Source: Nemertoderma westbladi (lineage: Eukaryota; Animalia; Xenacoelomorpha). From it: DNA of 58,857 nt. Where the stretch lies: assembly GCA_032718475.1 (NCBI GenBank), contig JAUCBJ010002784.1:1-58857 (forward strand). Reading direction: 5' to 3'. Each line of letters starts with the position of its first letter. Positions within the stretch are counted from its first letter, which is position 1. The position numbers and the translations under genes were made by a program. The notes under the pieces are model-generated. The model searched no databases. It was not told the DNA's origin and saw nothing but the letters and a program-made list of their open reading frames with translations. This document shows positions 23,984 to 37,400 of this stretch, piece after piece.

Positions 23984-25669
23984 TTAAAAGGCCCCAGATT
24001 TATATGACTTATGATCGGGTGCTTGCCATTTCTTTGATGGTTTGTGTTCAGTACTTTTCTGTTTACGTTTTAGGTTGACCTTCTTTGCTCGTTCTGCAAG
24101 GTCACCATCATCTTCCTCAAGGCCAAGCTTCTTCAAAATTATCTGTTCTGCTGAACACCCCCGATTGTGAACTAAAACAGTATACGAAACATGAAACATG
24201 AGTGTACTTAGACCCACAAACGTTTCTTTAGATAGACGAGTCCATAGCCGTGAATGCAGAGATTCGTTCGGATTTTGTGTGAGGCCAGGGATACAGCGTT
24301 CCAGAATTTCGCTCGTTGTTAGGCGTTCATAAACAGGTAAAATAAACTTCATGTTTGCCTCTTTTATAAATGTTACATTTTTGTAACTTATAGCATTGTT
24401 TTTGAATTTACACCACTTATTTTCAGGGCATAACTCATGTTGTTTCTCAACATTATCTCCATAATCACAATAGTGATGTGTTGCAGCCACGATTTCACTT
24501 CGAATCGTGCTTATGAGCACTGATTTTTCAGTCTCTGAGAGTTTATCTATATCAACATCTCCTATATTCTTCACGATCGTATTTCGGTAATATGACTGCA
24601 ATTGGTGACATCGACTATCAGTAAACCCTCCCTTGCCTCCAAGTTTATGAGTTTTGCGAGCATTGGAAAGACCTGTATATAGACGCTTCGCAACGTGGTT
24701 CAGGCACTCTTTCTTCTGCACTGTTACATTCTGCTCTCTGTAAGGATCGGACTCCAATATGTTCTTCATAACGCTGCTGTCGCCATCCGATACCATTGAT
24801 TGATATATGACACCATTATTTGATAGGGATCTATTGAATAGTTTAACAGCTAAATGAGGTTCCATACCTGAACTGGACCCTGAATAATTTATATTACACT
24901 CATGATCAGCATTGCCATCTTCTTCTTTGTTGCGGCTACAAATATTACAGTATTTTGAACAAACATCGAAATCAATGACATGTCCTGTATTTTCGGATAT
25001 GATAAACGCGGCACCATAAAGTGATTGATGGCCTCTTTTCATCCATGTACCGTCAAAAGATATACATATTTCCCTGTCAATCTCTTTCATTGCACAATTT
25101 TTTGCATTTCCTCGTGCAAGTGATTCCGTGACCTTCGAGATTTCGTTGACATGAAATTGCCAGGCTCTCTTCGCAACAGGAGATGGTAGTGACATTATTC
25201 TAGAAAACGTCTCTGCATCACCATGGGTCCCACCAACACAAAGCCAAGCCAGTACTGCACGAAGATTCACATCCGCTGTTTTTCTTCCAGGACGAGGTTC
25301 AGTTCGAGAAACTTGGTCGCTCGTGAAAGTAGAATATTGCCAATCACAACGTGAACATTTCCCCTCAAAATTGGTACTATAACCACGATGTGACTCATTT
25401 ATCACTACTGTACCGTCACATTGCTTATCATCATGTTTCTCCATTATCAGTTTCTTTATTATTTGCGTTGCTACAACGTTATATCCCTCCAACTTTCCAT
25501 CTGAGGGTAGGACATTCAGATTCGATGCTATTAGCGACGGTTCTCGATCTTTTGGCACTACCGGTACCGGTACTGAAATCGATTTCATATGCGCGAGGTT
25601 CAATGTACCGGTATCTTGTTTCTTGGTTCCTCGAAATCCTGCTTTCCGTTGTTGAGTTATTCGTGGCAT
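23984..25669 (-). CDS. DDD/E transposase, 561 aa
   Basis: ISFDGTWMKRGH, VCSKYCNIC, NYSGSSSGME, MVSDGDSS, KKECLNHVAKR, HELCP..WC, TQNPNESLHSRLW. No stops or frameshifts; basic C-terminus. Confidence 0.9.
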   Translation of the reverse strand: MPRITQQRKAGFRGTKKQDTGTLNLAHMKSISVPVPVVPKDREPSLIASNLNVLPSDGKLEGYNVVATQIIKKLIMEKHDDKQCDGTVVINESHRGYSTNFEGKCSRCDWQYSTFTSDQVSRTEPRPGRKTADVNLRAVLAWLCVGGTHGDAETFSRIMSLPSPVAKRAWQFHVNEISKVTESLARGNAKNCAMKEIDREICISFDGTWMKRGHQSLYGAAFIISENTGHVIDFDVCSKYCNICSRNKEEDGNADHECNINYSGSSSGMEPHLAVKLFNRSLSNNGVIYQSMVSDGDSSVMKNILESDPYREQNVTVQKKECLNHVAKRLYTGLSNARKTHKLGGKGGFTDSRCHQLQSYYRNTIVKNIGDVDIDKLSETEKSVLISTIRSEIVAATHHYCDYGDNVEKQHELCPENKWCKFKNNAISYKNVTFIKEANMKFILPVYERLTTSEILERCIPGLTQNPNESLHSRLWTRLSKETFVGLSTLMFHVSYTVLVHNRGCSAEQIILKKLGLEEDDGDLAERAKKVNLKRKQKSTEHKPSKKWQAPDHKSYKSGAF

Positions 25670-27039
25670 ACTGTATTATAAAAATTATATCGTCAACGAT
25701 GTATGTACAATTTTCGATTCGAAGATGGAGGACGCTCTATAGTCTGTGTCCGTCAAAACTGCTGATTGCATTGATTGAAACACCAATACAGCATACAGTT
25801 AGTAACTAAAACATAACAATGTGCAAATTCTCGTTTTAAACTTCCCGCTAAAATACATTCCAACCTGTAATAACTTATTAGCCAATACAATGATTTCAGT
25901 GCAACAAGCCGGAAATTTTGTTAATTTTTGTCATTTTTTTCAAATAATTTTCAGGATGCGTGTCTATATAATGAGCCATAACTCGAAAACTAGACAAGCT
26001 AGAAATAAACTGTTTACAGATTTGAAATCTCCATAAAATTTGCTACAAGAAACGGGTATAAAAATTTTTTTATATTTTTTGACCCCAATTATTATACCCC
26101 CCCCTTAAACGCAAGCTAGGACGATCTTTATAATAATAATAACTAGGGATGCGATCAATATGTGAAGCCAGGTGGTTTATATAATAATTTAGTCAACGCA
26201 GTACTCGTCTTCATTATATGCCTCGTTGCGCTCGTCGCTTGTCCTGTTTTGTCATAAAATATTTTTCCTAAACGCAGACTGACGATCTTTATACAGTTAT
26301 AACTATGCGAAGTTTCGAAACTGTGCGAGTAACTGTTGATACATCTATGTGGAGATGTGTGATATGTGGAGATGTGTGATACAACGCCAACGCATCTTAT
26401 GCCGATGTAGTAATATGGGTATTGAAATAATATTAAATCAATGTACACTCTTAAAGCTGCAGCGAAAAAATGTAGCTAATTTCCTAGGTTACATATAAAA
26501 TAATAATATTATTTTTAAGAACATTAATTTTACTACTTTGCAAAAATTCAATTAAAAAATAACCAGACATATACATTGTGGAATAAACTATTTCAGAAGC
26601 CTACAACAGCCATGCCATGGATTGTATTTATGTTATTATATCTGTCATTTAACTGAGATAGCAATAGTAGTAATAGTCGAACGGTTATGCGGCCCGTCCA
26701 GCCTATAATAAACACAATTCAGTGATTGGGCTGGAATAGCAATACTGGTTGCCTCTATTACAATTCCTCTCAGGTTAGTCTACAGCCACAACTCCCAGCA
26801 GCTAGCTCCACACCAGCAGAGACTTGACCAATAATGGGAAGGATTAAATTTGTACTCAATAATTGTGCGGTTTAATTACGTTTAGATCAATTAAAGACAC
26901 ATTTATTAAAGCAAATCACTTAAACTAATTAAAAACTATAATAGAATGGCGTATGGGGATTATATCTGTATAATTTTTAAGTATAATTATTTAAATCTTA
27001 TACTGTAAAACAATTAATTTCCTTTAAAAGGCAGGTTGA

Positions 27040-27302
27040 AAATGGCGTTTTCACCGCAATCAACTTAATTAACTAATTAACTGCTATTATCTTAGCTTCT
27101 CGAAGGCCACACGGAAATTCTACTTGGAAAATTTCTAAACTTTTGCCAAACAACATGTGTACCAAGTTTGGATAGATTTCATCAAAGATTGGCCGAGTTA
27201 TTAACGTTTAAAATTGAACACGACAGAACGACAGAACGACAGGTTGATTAATGGTACCACTACGCTAAGGCTCACTCACTTCGTGGCTCGCCCCACACTT
27301 GT
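27040..27302 (+). mobile_element. Possible non-autonomous Helentron/DINE-like remnant
   Basis: TGTGTACCAAGTTTGG...GGCCGAGTTAT, short CGACAGAA repeats, then a GC-rich segment ending ACTTGT. This is a layout resemblance only. Confidence 0.3.
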
Positions 27303-28422
27303 CTGGTGGGAAAACACTTAGAAAATTTTTCTTGTATTCACTTCTGTATTGTCTATATATGAAAAGACTCTGATATTTTTCTCAAATTTCCCGGTTTCCT
27401 CGGAAAAATACCGGGAAAAAATACGGGAAATTTTTTCACAATCTTTAGCCTAATCAAAATTTTTTTTCGAATATTCATTACCAGTCAGCCAGTACTGCAT
27501 CGTACCGCTATGTATGAAAAGACTTTGATATTTTTTGATATTTTTATTAAACAATACAACGCATACAAATTAATTTCACCATTTTTTGAGGGAAAGAAGC
27601 AGGTAACATATCTACAGAGGCAGGATTTTCTAACCAAAACAATAAACGGCCACTTTACCAATTGAGGGAAAGGAGCAGGTTACAGAGGCAGCTTTTCTAA
27701 CCGAAACAATAAACGATCACTTTAGTAATTTAGGGAAACCCTGCCATATGGTCAGACAGTCGGTAGAAAAAATGTTAATGCAGTAATGTTAAATGTTGTG
27801 TTTATACACCTGTACACCAATACTGGTGAACCGGTATAATAAAATAAACAGTTGACAGTAATATAGTAGTAATACTGACAGACTGAACTGCTGAATACTG
27901 CAGTTGTAATTCAGTGCCCCTGAAACCGGAAAGAGCCAATATCTGGGAGTCTCTCTCATTTCTTTAGGGCTGGTAAGAGGATTATTTTGGTAAGGTACAG
28001 GTAAATAATGTTCCTTCCACTAATTTCAAGTCCCAACATATCAGGGTCATTCTAAATATGTTAGTGAAATTTATAAATAATAGTGATTTCTAAATTTTTT
28101 GAACATGTTTAGAAATATTTCTAAAACTATAAATTGAAAATAACAAATTTAAAATAATAAACTTTCCAACACACATTGGAATAAGAACACCTACAAATCA
28201 GAATTTAACGTTGCCCTATTTAATTTTTGTTTGTTTATTGTTTATTCACCAAAATCGATTCTTTAAATCTGATCCAAATCCATCAGCTTCATCTATACAA
28301 ACTTCTGTAATATGAAATACACTTTTTGTGGTATCGGAATTGTTTCTAAGTAGATTAATATAGACTATGTTACAGTCTGACAGTCTAAGAGTGTTTCACT
28401 GATCAAGAGTTAACTCTTATCT

Positions 28423-31400
28423 TACGCTCCTTTCCCTTAAACACAGCCACTGTAACCCGCTACGCTCCTTTCCCTTAAACACAGCCACTGTAACCCGCTA
28501 CGCTCCTTTCCATTAAACACAGCCACTGTAACCCGCTACGCTCCTTTCTCTTAAACACAGCCACTGTAACCCGCTACGCTCCTTTCCATTAAACACAGCC
28601 ACTGTAACCCGCTACGCTCCTTTCTCTTAAACACAGCCACTGTAACCCGCTACGCTCCTTTCTCTTAAACACAGCCACTGTAACCCGCTACGCTCCTTTC
28701 CCTTAAACACAGCCACTGTAACCCGCTACGCTCCTTTCCCTTAAACACAGCCACTGTAACCCGCTATGCTCCTTTCCATTAAACACAGCCACTGTAACCC
28801 GCTACGCTCCTTTCTCTTAAACACAGCCACTGTAACCTGTTACGCTCCTTTCCCTTAAACACAGCCACTGTAACCCGCTACGCTCCTTTCCATTAAACAC
28901 AGCCACTGTAACCCGCTACGCTCCTTTCTCTTAAACACAGCCACTGTAACCCGCTACGCTCCTTTCTCTTAAACACAGCCACTGTAACCCGCTACGCTCC
29001 TTTCTCTTAAACACAGCCACTGTAACCCGCTACGCTCCTTTCTCTTAAACACAGCCACTGTAACCCGCTACGCTCCTTTCCCTTAAACACAGCCTCTGTA
29101 ACCCGCTACGCTCCTTTCCCTTAAACACAGCCACTGTAACCCGCTACGCTCCTTTCCCTTAAACACAGCCACTGTAACCCGCTACGCTCCTTTCTCTTAA
29201 ACACAGCCACTGTAACCCGCTACGCTCCTTTCTCTTAAACACAGCCACTGTAACCCGCTACGCTCCTTTCTCTTAAACACAGCCACTGTAACCCGCTACG
29301 CTCCTTTCCCTTAAACACAGCCACTGTAACCCGCTACGCTCCTTTCTCTTAAACACAGCCACTGTAACCCGCTACGCTCCTTTCTCTTAAACACAGCCAC
29401 TGTAACCCGCTACGCTCCTTTCTCTTAAACACAGCCACTGTAACCCGCTACGCTCCTTTCTCTTAAACACAGCCACTGTAACCTGCTACGCTCCTTTCTC
29501 TTAAACACAGCCACTGTAACCCGCTACGCTCCTTTCCCTTAAACACAGCCTCTGTAACCCGCTACGCTCCTTTCCCTTAAACACAGCCACTGTAACCCGC
29601 TACGCTCCTTTCTCTTAAACACAGCCACTGTAACCCGCTACGCTCCTTTCCCTTAAACACAGCCACTGTAACCCACTACGCTCCTTTCCCTTAAACACAG
29701 CCACTGTAACCCGCTACGCTCCTTTCCCTTAAACACAGCCACTGTAACCCGCTACGCTCCTTTCCATTAAACACAGCCACTGTAACCCGCTATGCTCCTT
29801 TCCATTAAACACAGCCACTGTAACCCGCTACGCTCCTTTCCCTTAAACACAGCCACTGTAACCCGCTACGCTCCTTTCCCTTAAACACAGCCACTGTAAC
29901 CCGCTACGTTCCTTTCCCTTAAACACAGCCACTGTAACCCGCTACGCTCCTTTCCCTTAAACACAGCCACTGTAACCCGCTACGCTCCTTTCTCTTAAAC
30001 ACAGCCACTGTAACCCGCTACGCTCCTTTCCCTTAAACACAGCCACTGTAACCCGCTACGCTCCTTTCTCTTAAACACAGCCACTGTAACCCGCTACGCT
30101 CCTTTCCCTTAAACACATCCACTGTAACCCGCTACGCTCCTTTCCATTAAACACAGCCACTGTAACCCGCTACGCTCCTTTCTCTTAAACACAGCCACTG
30201 TAACCCGCTACGCTCCTTTCTCTTAAACACAGCCACTGTAACCTGCTACGCTCCTTTCTCTTAAACACAGCCACTGTAACCCGCTACGCTCCTTTCCCTT
30301 AAACACAGCCACTGTAACCCGCTACGCTCCTTTCCCTTAAACACAGCCACTGTAACCCGCTACGCTCCTTTCCATTAAACACAGCCACTGTAACCCGCTA
30401 CGCTCCTTTCCCTTAAACACATCCTCTGTAACCCGCTACGCTCCTTTCCCTTAAACACAGCCACTGTAACCCGCTACGCTCCTTTCTCTTAAACACAGCC
30501 ACTGTAACCCGTACGCTCCTTTCTCTTAAACACAGCCACTGTAACCCGCTACGCTCCTTTCCCTTAAACACAGCCACTGTAACCCGCTACGCTCCTTTCC
30601 ATTAAACACAGCCACTGTAACCCGCTACGCTCCTTTCCCTTAAACACAGCCACTGTAACCCGCTACGCTCCTTTCCATTAAACACAGCCACTGTAACCCG
30701 CTACGCTCCTTTCCATTAAACACAGCCACTGTAACCCGCTACGCTCCTTTCCCTTAAACACAGCCACTGTAACCCGCTACGCTCCTTTCCATTAAACACA
30801 GCCACTGTAACCCGCTACGCTCCTTTCCATTAAACACAGCCACTGTAACCCGCTACGCTCCTTTCCATTAAACACAGCCACTGTAACCCGCTACGCTCCT
30901 TTCCCTTAAACACAGCCACTGTAACCCGCTACGCTCCTTTCCCTTAAACACAGCCACTGTAACCCGCTACGCTCCTTTCCCTTAAACACAGCCACTGTAA
31001 CCCGCTACGCTCCTTTCCCTTAAACACAGCCACTGTAACCCGCTACGCTCCTTTCCATTAAACACAGCCACTGTAACCCGCTACGCTCCTTTCCATTAAA
31101 CACAGCCACTGTAACCCGCTACGCTCCTTTCCATTAAACACAGCCACTGTAACCCGCTACGCTCCTTTCCATTAAACACAGCCACTGTAACCCGCTACGC
31201 TCCTTTCCATTAAACACAGCCACTGTAACCCGCTACGCTCCTTTCCATTAAACACAGCCACTGTAACCCGCTACGCTCCTTTCCATTAAACACAGCCACT
31301 GTAACCCGCTACGCTCCTTTCCATTAAACACAGCCACTGTAACCCGCTACGCTCCTTTCCCTTAAACACAGCCACTGTAACCCGCTACGCTCCTTTCCAT

Positions 31401-34400
31401 TAAACACAGCCACTGTAACCCGCTACGCTCCTTTCCATTAAACACAGCCACTGTAACCCGCTACGCTCCTTTCCATTAAACACAGCCACTGTAACCCGCT
31501 ACGCTCCTTTCTCTTAAACACAGCCACTGTAACCCGCTACGCTCCTTTCCCTTAAACACAGCCACTGTAACCCGCTACGCTCCTTTCCATTAAACACAGC
31601 CACTGTAACCCGCTACGCTCCTTTCCCTTAAACACAGCCACTGTAACCCGCTACGCTCCTTTCCATTAAACACAGCCACTGTAACCCGCTACGCTCCTTT
31701 CCCTTAAACACAGCCACTGTAACCCGCTACGCTCCTTTCTCTTAAACACAGCCACTGTAACCCGCTACGCTCCTTTCCCTTAAACACAGCCACTGTAACC
31801 CGCTACGCTCCTTTCCATTAAACACAGCCACTGTAACCCGCTACGCTCCTTTCTCTTAAACACAGCCACTGTAACCCGCTACGCTCCTTTCCCTTAAACA
31901 CAGCCACTGTAACCCGCTACGCTCCTTTCCTTAAACACAGCCACTGTAACCCCTACGCTCCTTTCCTTAAACACAGCCACTGTAACCCGCTACGCTCCTT
32001 TCCCTTAAACACAGCCACTGTAACCCGCTACGCTCCTTTCCATTAAACACAGCCACTGTAACCCGCTACGCTCCTTTCCCTTAAACACAGCCACTGTAAC
32101 CCGCTACGCTCCTTTCTCTTAAACACAGCCACTGTAACCCGCTACGCTCCTTTCTCTTAAACACAGCCACTGTAACCCGCTACGCTCCTTTCCATTAAAC
32201 ACAGCCACTGTAACCCGCTACGCTCCTTTCCATTAAACACAGCCACTGTAACCCGCTACGCTCCTTTCCATTAAACACAGCCACTGTAACCCGCTACGCT
32301 CCTTTCCATTAAACACAGCCACTGTAACCCGCTACGCTCCTTTCCATTAAACACAGCCACTGTAACCCGCTACGCTCCTTTCCATTAAACACAGCCACTG
32401 TAACCCGCTACGCTCCTTTCCATTAAACACAGCCACTGTAACCCGCTACGCTCCTTTCCCTTAAACACAGCCACTGTAACCCGCTACGCTCCTTTCCCTT
32501 AAACACAGCCACTGTAACCCGCTACGCTCCTTTCCCTTAAACACAGCCACTGTAACCTGCTACGCTCCTTTCCCTTAAACACAGCCACTGTAACCCGCTA
32601 CGCTCCTTTCCCTTAAACACAGCCACTGTAACCCGCTACGCTCCTTTCCCTTAAACACAGCCACTGTAACCCGCTACGCTCCTTTCCCTTAAACACAGCC
32701 ACTGTAACCCGCTACGCTCCTTTCCATTAAACACAGCCACTGTAACCCGCTACGCTCCTTTCCATTAAACACAGCCACTGTAACCCGCTACGCTCCTTTC
32801 CCTTAAACACAGCCACTGTAACCCGCTACGCTCCTTTCCCTTAAACACAGCCACTGTAACCTGCTACGCTCCTTTCCCTTAAACACAGCCACTGTAACCC
32901 GCTACGCTCCTTTCCATTAAACACAGCCACTGTAACCCGCTACGCTCCTTTCCCTTAAACACAGCCACTGTAACCCGCTGCGCTCCTTTCCCTTAAACAC
33001 AGCCACTGTAACCCGCTACGCTCCTTTCCATTAAACACAGCCACTGTAACCCGCTACGCTCCTTTCCATTAAACACAGCCACTGTAACCCGCTACGCTCC
33101 TTTCCCTTAAACTCAGCCTCTGTAACCCGCTACGCTCCTTTCCCTTAAACACAGCCACTGTAACCCGCTACGCTCCTTTCCCTTAAACACAGCCACTGTA
33201 ACCCGCTACGCTCCTTTCCATTAAACACAGCCACTGTAACCCACTACGCTCCTTTACCTTAAACACAGCCACTGTAACCCGCTACGCTCCTTTCCCTTAA
33301 ACACAGCCACTGTAACCCGCTACGCTCCTTTCTCTTAAACACAGCCACTGTAACCCGCTACGCTCCTTTCTCTTAAACACAGCCACTGTAACCCGCTACG
33401 CTCCTTTCCCTTAAACACAGCCTCTGTAACCCGCTACGCTCCTTTCCCTTAAACACAGCCACTGTAACCCGCTACGCTCCTTTCCATTAAACACAGCCAC
33501 TGTAACCCGCTACGCTCCTTTCCCTTAAACACAGCCTCTGTAACCCGCTACGCTCCTTTCCCTTAAACACAGCCACTGTAACCTGCTACGCTCCTTTCTC
33601 TTAAACACAGCCACTGTAACCCACTACGCTCCTTTCCCTTAAACACAGCCTCTGTAACCCGCTACGCCCCTTTCCCTTAAACACAGCCACTGTAACCTGC
33701 TACGCTCCTTTCCATTAAACACAGCCACTGTAACCCGCTACGCTCCTTTCCCTTAAACACAGCCACTGTAACCCGCTACGCTCCTTTCCATTAAACACAG
33801 CCACTGTAACCCACTACGCTCCTTTCCCTTAAACACAGCCACTGTAACCCGCTACGCTCCTTTCTCTTAAACACAGCCACTGTAACCCGCTACGCTCCTT
33901 TCTCTTAAACACAGCCACTGTAACCTGCTACGCTCCTTTCTCTTAAACACAGCCACTGTAACCCGCAACGCTCCTTTCTCTTAAACACAGCCACTGTAAC
34001 CTGCTACGCTCCTTTCTCTTAAACACAGCCACTGTAACCCGCTACGCTCCTTTCCCTTAAACACAGCCACTGTAACCCGCTACGCTCCTTTCTCTTAAAC
34101 ACAGCCACTGTAACCCGCTACGCTCCTTTCTCTTAAACACAGCCACTGTAACCTGCTACGCTCCTTTCCCTTAAACACAGCCACTGTAACCCGCTACGCT
34201 CCTTTCCATTAAACACAGCCACTGTAACCTGCTACGCTCCATTCCCTTAAACACAGCCACTGTAACCCGCTACGCTCCATTCCCTTAAACACAGCCACTG
34301 TAACCCACTACGCTCCTTTACCTTAAACACAGCCACTGTAACCCGCTACGCTCCTTTCCCTTAAACACAGCCACTGTAACCCGCTACGCTCCTTTCCCTT

Positions 34401-37400
34401 AAACACAGCCACTGTAACCCGCTACGCTCCTTTCTCTTAAACACAGCCACTGTAACCCACTACGCTCCTTTACCTTAAACACAGCCACTGTAACCCGCTA
34501 CGCTCCTTTCCCTTAAACACAGCCACTGTAACCCGCTACGCTCCTTTCTCTTAAACACAGCCACTGTAACCCGCTACGCTCCTTTCCCTTAAACACAGCC
34601 ACTGTAACCCGCTACGCTCCTTTCTCTTAAACACAGCCACTGTAACCTGCTACGCTCCTTTCCCTTAAACACAGCCACTGTAACCCGCTACGCTCCTTTC
34701 CATTAAACACAGCCACTGTAACCTGCTACGCTCCATTCCCTTAAACACAGCCACTGTAACCCACTACGCTCCTTTACCTTAAACACAGCCACTGTAACCC
34801 GCTACGCTCCTTTCCCTTAAACACAGCCACTGTAACCCGCTACGCTCCTTTCTCTTAAACACAGCCACTGTAACCCGCTACGCTCCTTTCTCTTAAACAC
34901 AGCCACTGTAACCCGCTACGCTCCTTTCCCTTAAACACAGCCACTGTAATCCGCTACGCTCCTTTCTCTTAAACACAGCCACTGTAACCCGCTACGCTCC
35001 TTTCCCTTAAACACAGCCACTGTAACCCGCTACGCTCCTTTCTCTTAAACACAGCCACTGTAACCCACTACGCTCCTTTCTCTTAAACACAGCCACTGTA
35101 ACCCGCTACGCTCCTTTCCATTAAACACAGCCACTGTAACCCGCTACGCTCCTTTCTCTTAAACACAGCCACTGTAACCCGCTACGCTCCTTTCTCTTAA
35201 ACACAGCCACTGTAACCCGCTACACTCCTTTCTCTAAAACACAGCCACTGTAACCCGCTACGCTCCTTTCTCTTAAACACAGCCACTGTAACCCGCTACG
35301 CTCCTTTCCCTTAAACACAGCCACTGTAACCCGCTACGCTCCTTTACCTTAAACACAGCCACTGTAACCCACTACGCTCCTTTCCCTTAAACACAGCCAC
35401 TGTAACCTGCTACGCTCCTTTCCCTTAAACACAGCCACTGTAACCCGCTACGCTCCTTTCCATTAAACACAGCCACTGTAACCTGATACACTCCTTTCCC
35501 TTAAACACAGCCACTGTAACCCGCTACGCTCCTTTCCCTTAAACACAGCCACTGTAACCTGCTACGCTCCTTTCCCTTAAACACAGCCACTGTAACCCGC
35601 TACGCTCCTTTCCATTAAACACAGCCACTGTAACCTGATACACTCCTTTCCCTTAAACACAGCCACTGTAACCCGCTACGCTCCTTTCCCTTAAACACAG
35701 CCACTGTAACCCGCTACGCTCCTTTCCCTTAAACACAGCCACTGTAACCCGCTACGCTCCTTTCCCTTAAACACAGCCACTGTAACCTGCTACGCTCCTT
35801 TCTCTTAAACACAGCCACTGTAACCCGCTACGCTCCTTTCCCTTAAACACAGCCACTGTAACCCGCTACGCTCCTTTCTCTTAAACACAGCCACTGTAAC
35901 CCGCTACGCTCCTTTCCCTTAAACACAGCCACTGTAACCCACTACGCTCCTTTCCCTTAAACACAGCCACTGTAACCCGCTACGCTCCTTTCTCTTAAAC
36001 ACAGCCACTGTAACCCGCTACGCTCCTTTCTCTTAAACACAGCCACTGTAACCCGCTACGCTCCTTTCCCTTAAACACAGCCACTGTAACCCGCTACGCT
36101 CCTTTCCCTTAAACACAGCCACTGTAACCCGCTACGCTCCTTTCTCTTAAACACAGCCACTGTAACCCGCTACGCTCCTTTCCATTAAACACAGCCACTG
36201 TAACCCGCTACGCTCCTTTCCCTTAAACTCAGCCTCTGTAACCCGCTACGCTCCTTTCCCTTAAACACAGCCACTGTAACCCGCTACGCTCCTTTCCCTT
36301 AAACACAGCCACTGTAACCCGCTACGCTCCTTTCCATTAAACACAGCCACTGTAACCCACTACGCTCCTTTACCTTAAACACAGCCACTGTAACCCGCTA
36401 CGCTCCTTTCCCTTAAACACAGCCACTGTAACCCGCTACGCTCCTTTCTCTTAAACACAGCCACTGTAACCCGCTACGCTCCTTTCTCTTAAACACAGCC
36501 ACTGTAACCCGCTACGCTCCTTTCCCTTAAACACAGCCTCTGTAACCCGCTACGCTCCTTTCCCTTAAACACAGCCACTGTAACCCGCTACGCTCCTTTC
36601 CATTAAACACAGCCACTGTAACCCGCTACGCTCCTTTCCCTTAAACACAGCCTCTGTAACCCCTACGCTCCTTTCCCTTAAACACAGCCACTGTAACCTG
36701 CTACGCTCCTTTCTCTTAAACACAGCCACTGTAACCCGCTACGCTCCTTTCCCTTAAACACAGCCTCTGTAACCCGCTACGCTCCTTTCCCTTAAACACA
36801 GCTACTGTAACCCGCTACGCTCCTTTCCATTAAACACAGCCACTGTAACCCGCTACGCTCCTTTCCCTTAAACACATCCACTGTAACCCGCTACGCTCCT
36901 TTCCATTAAACACAGCCACTGTAACCCACTACGCTCCTTTCCCTTAAACACAGCCACTGTAACCCGCTACGCTCCTTTCTCTTAAACACAGCCACTGTAA
37001 CCCGCTACGCTCCTTTCTCTTAAACACAGCCACTGTAACCTGCTACGCTCCTTTCTCTTAAACACAGCCACTGTAACCCGCTACGCTCCTTTCTCTTAAA
37101 CACAGCCACTGTAACCTGCTACGCTCCTTTCTCTTAAACACAGCCACTGTAACCCGCTACGCTCCTTTCCCTTAAACACAGCCACTGTAACCCGCTACGC
37201 TCCTTTCTCTTAAACACAGCCACTGTAACCCGCTACGCTCCTTTCTCTTAAACACAGCCACTGTAACCTGCTACGCTCCTTTCCCTTAAACACAGCCACT
37301 GTAACCCGCTACGCTCCTTTCCTTTAAACACAGCCACTGTAACCTGCTACGCTCCATTCCCTTAAACACAGCCACTGTAACCCGCTACGCTCCATTCCCT

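Larger units (their letters stand above)
22452..26104 (-). mobile_element. Kolobok-like DNA transposon, 3653 bp, TTAA TSD, 17-bp perfect TIR
   Basis: TTAA-GGGGGGGGTATAATAAT ... ATTATTATACCCCCCCC-TTAA. Contains an uninterrupted transposase ORF. Confidence 0.88.

Noticed and set aside
22448-26108. piggyBac assignment based on TTAA
   Set aside because: The termini begin with GG rather than CCY, and the transposase motifs are not piggyBac-like.
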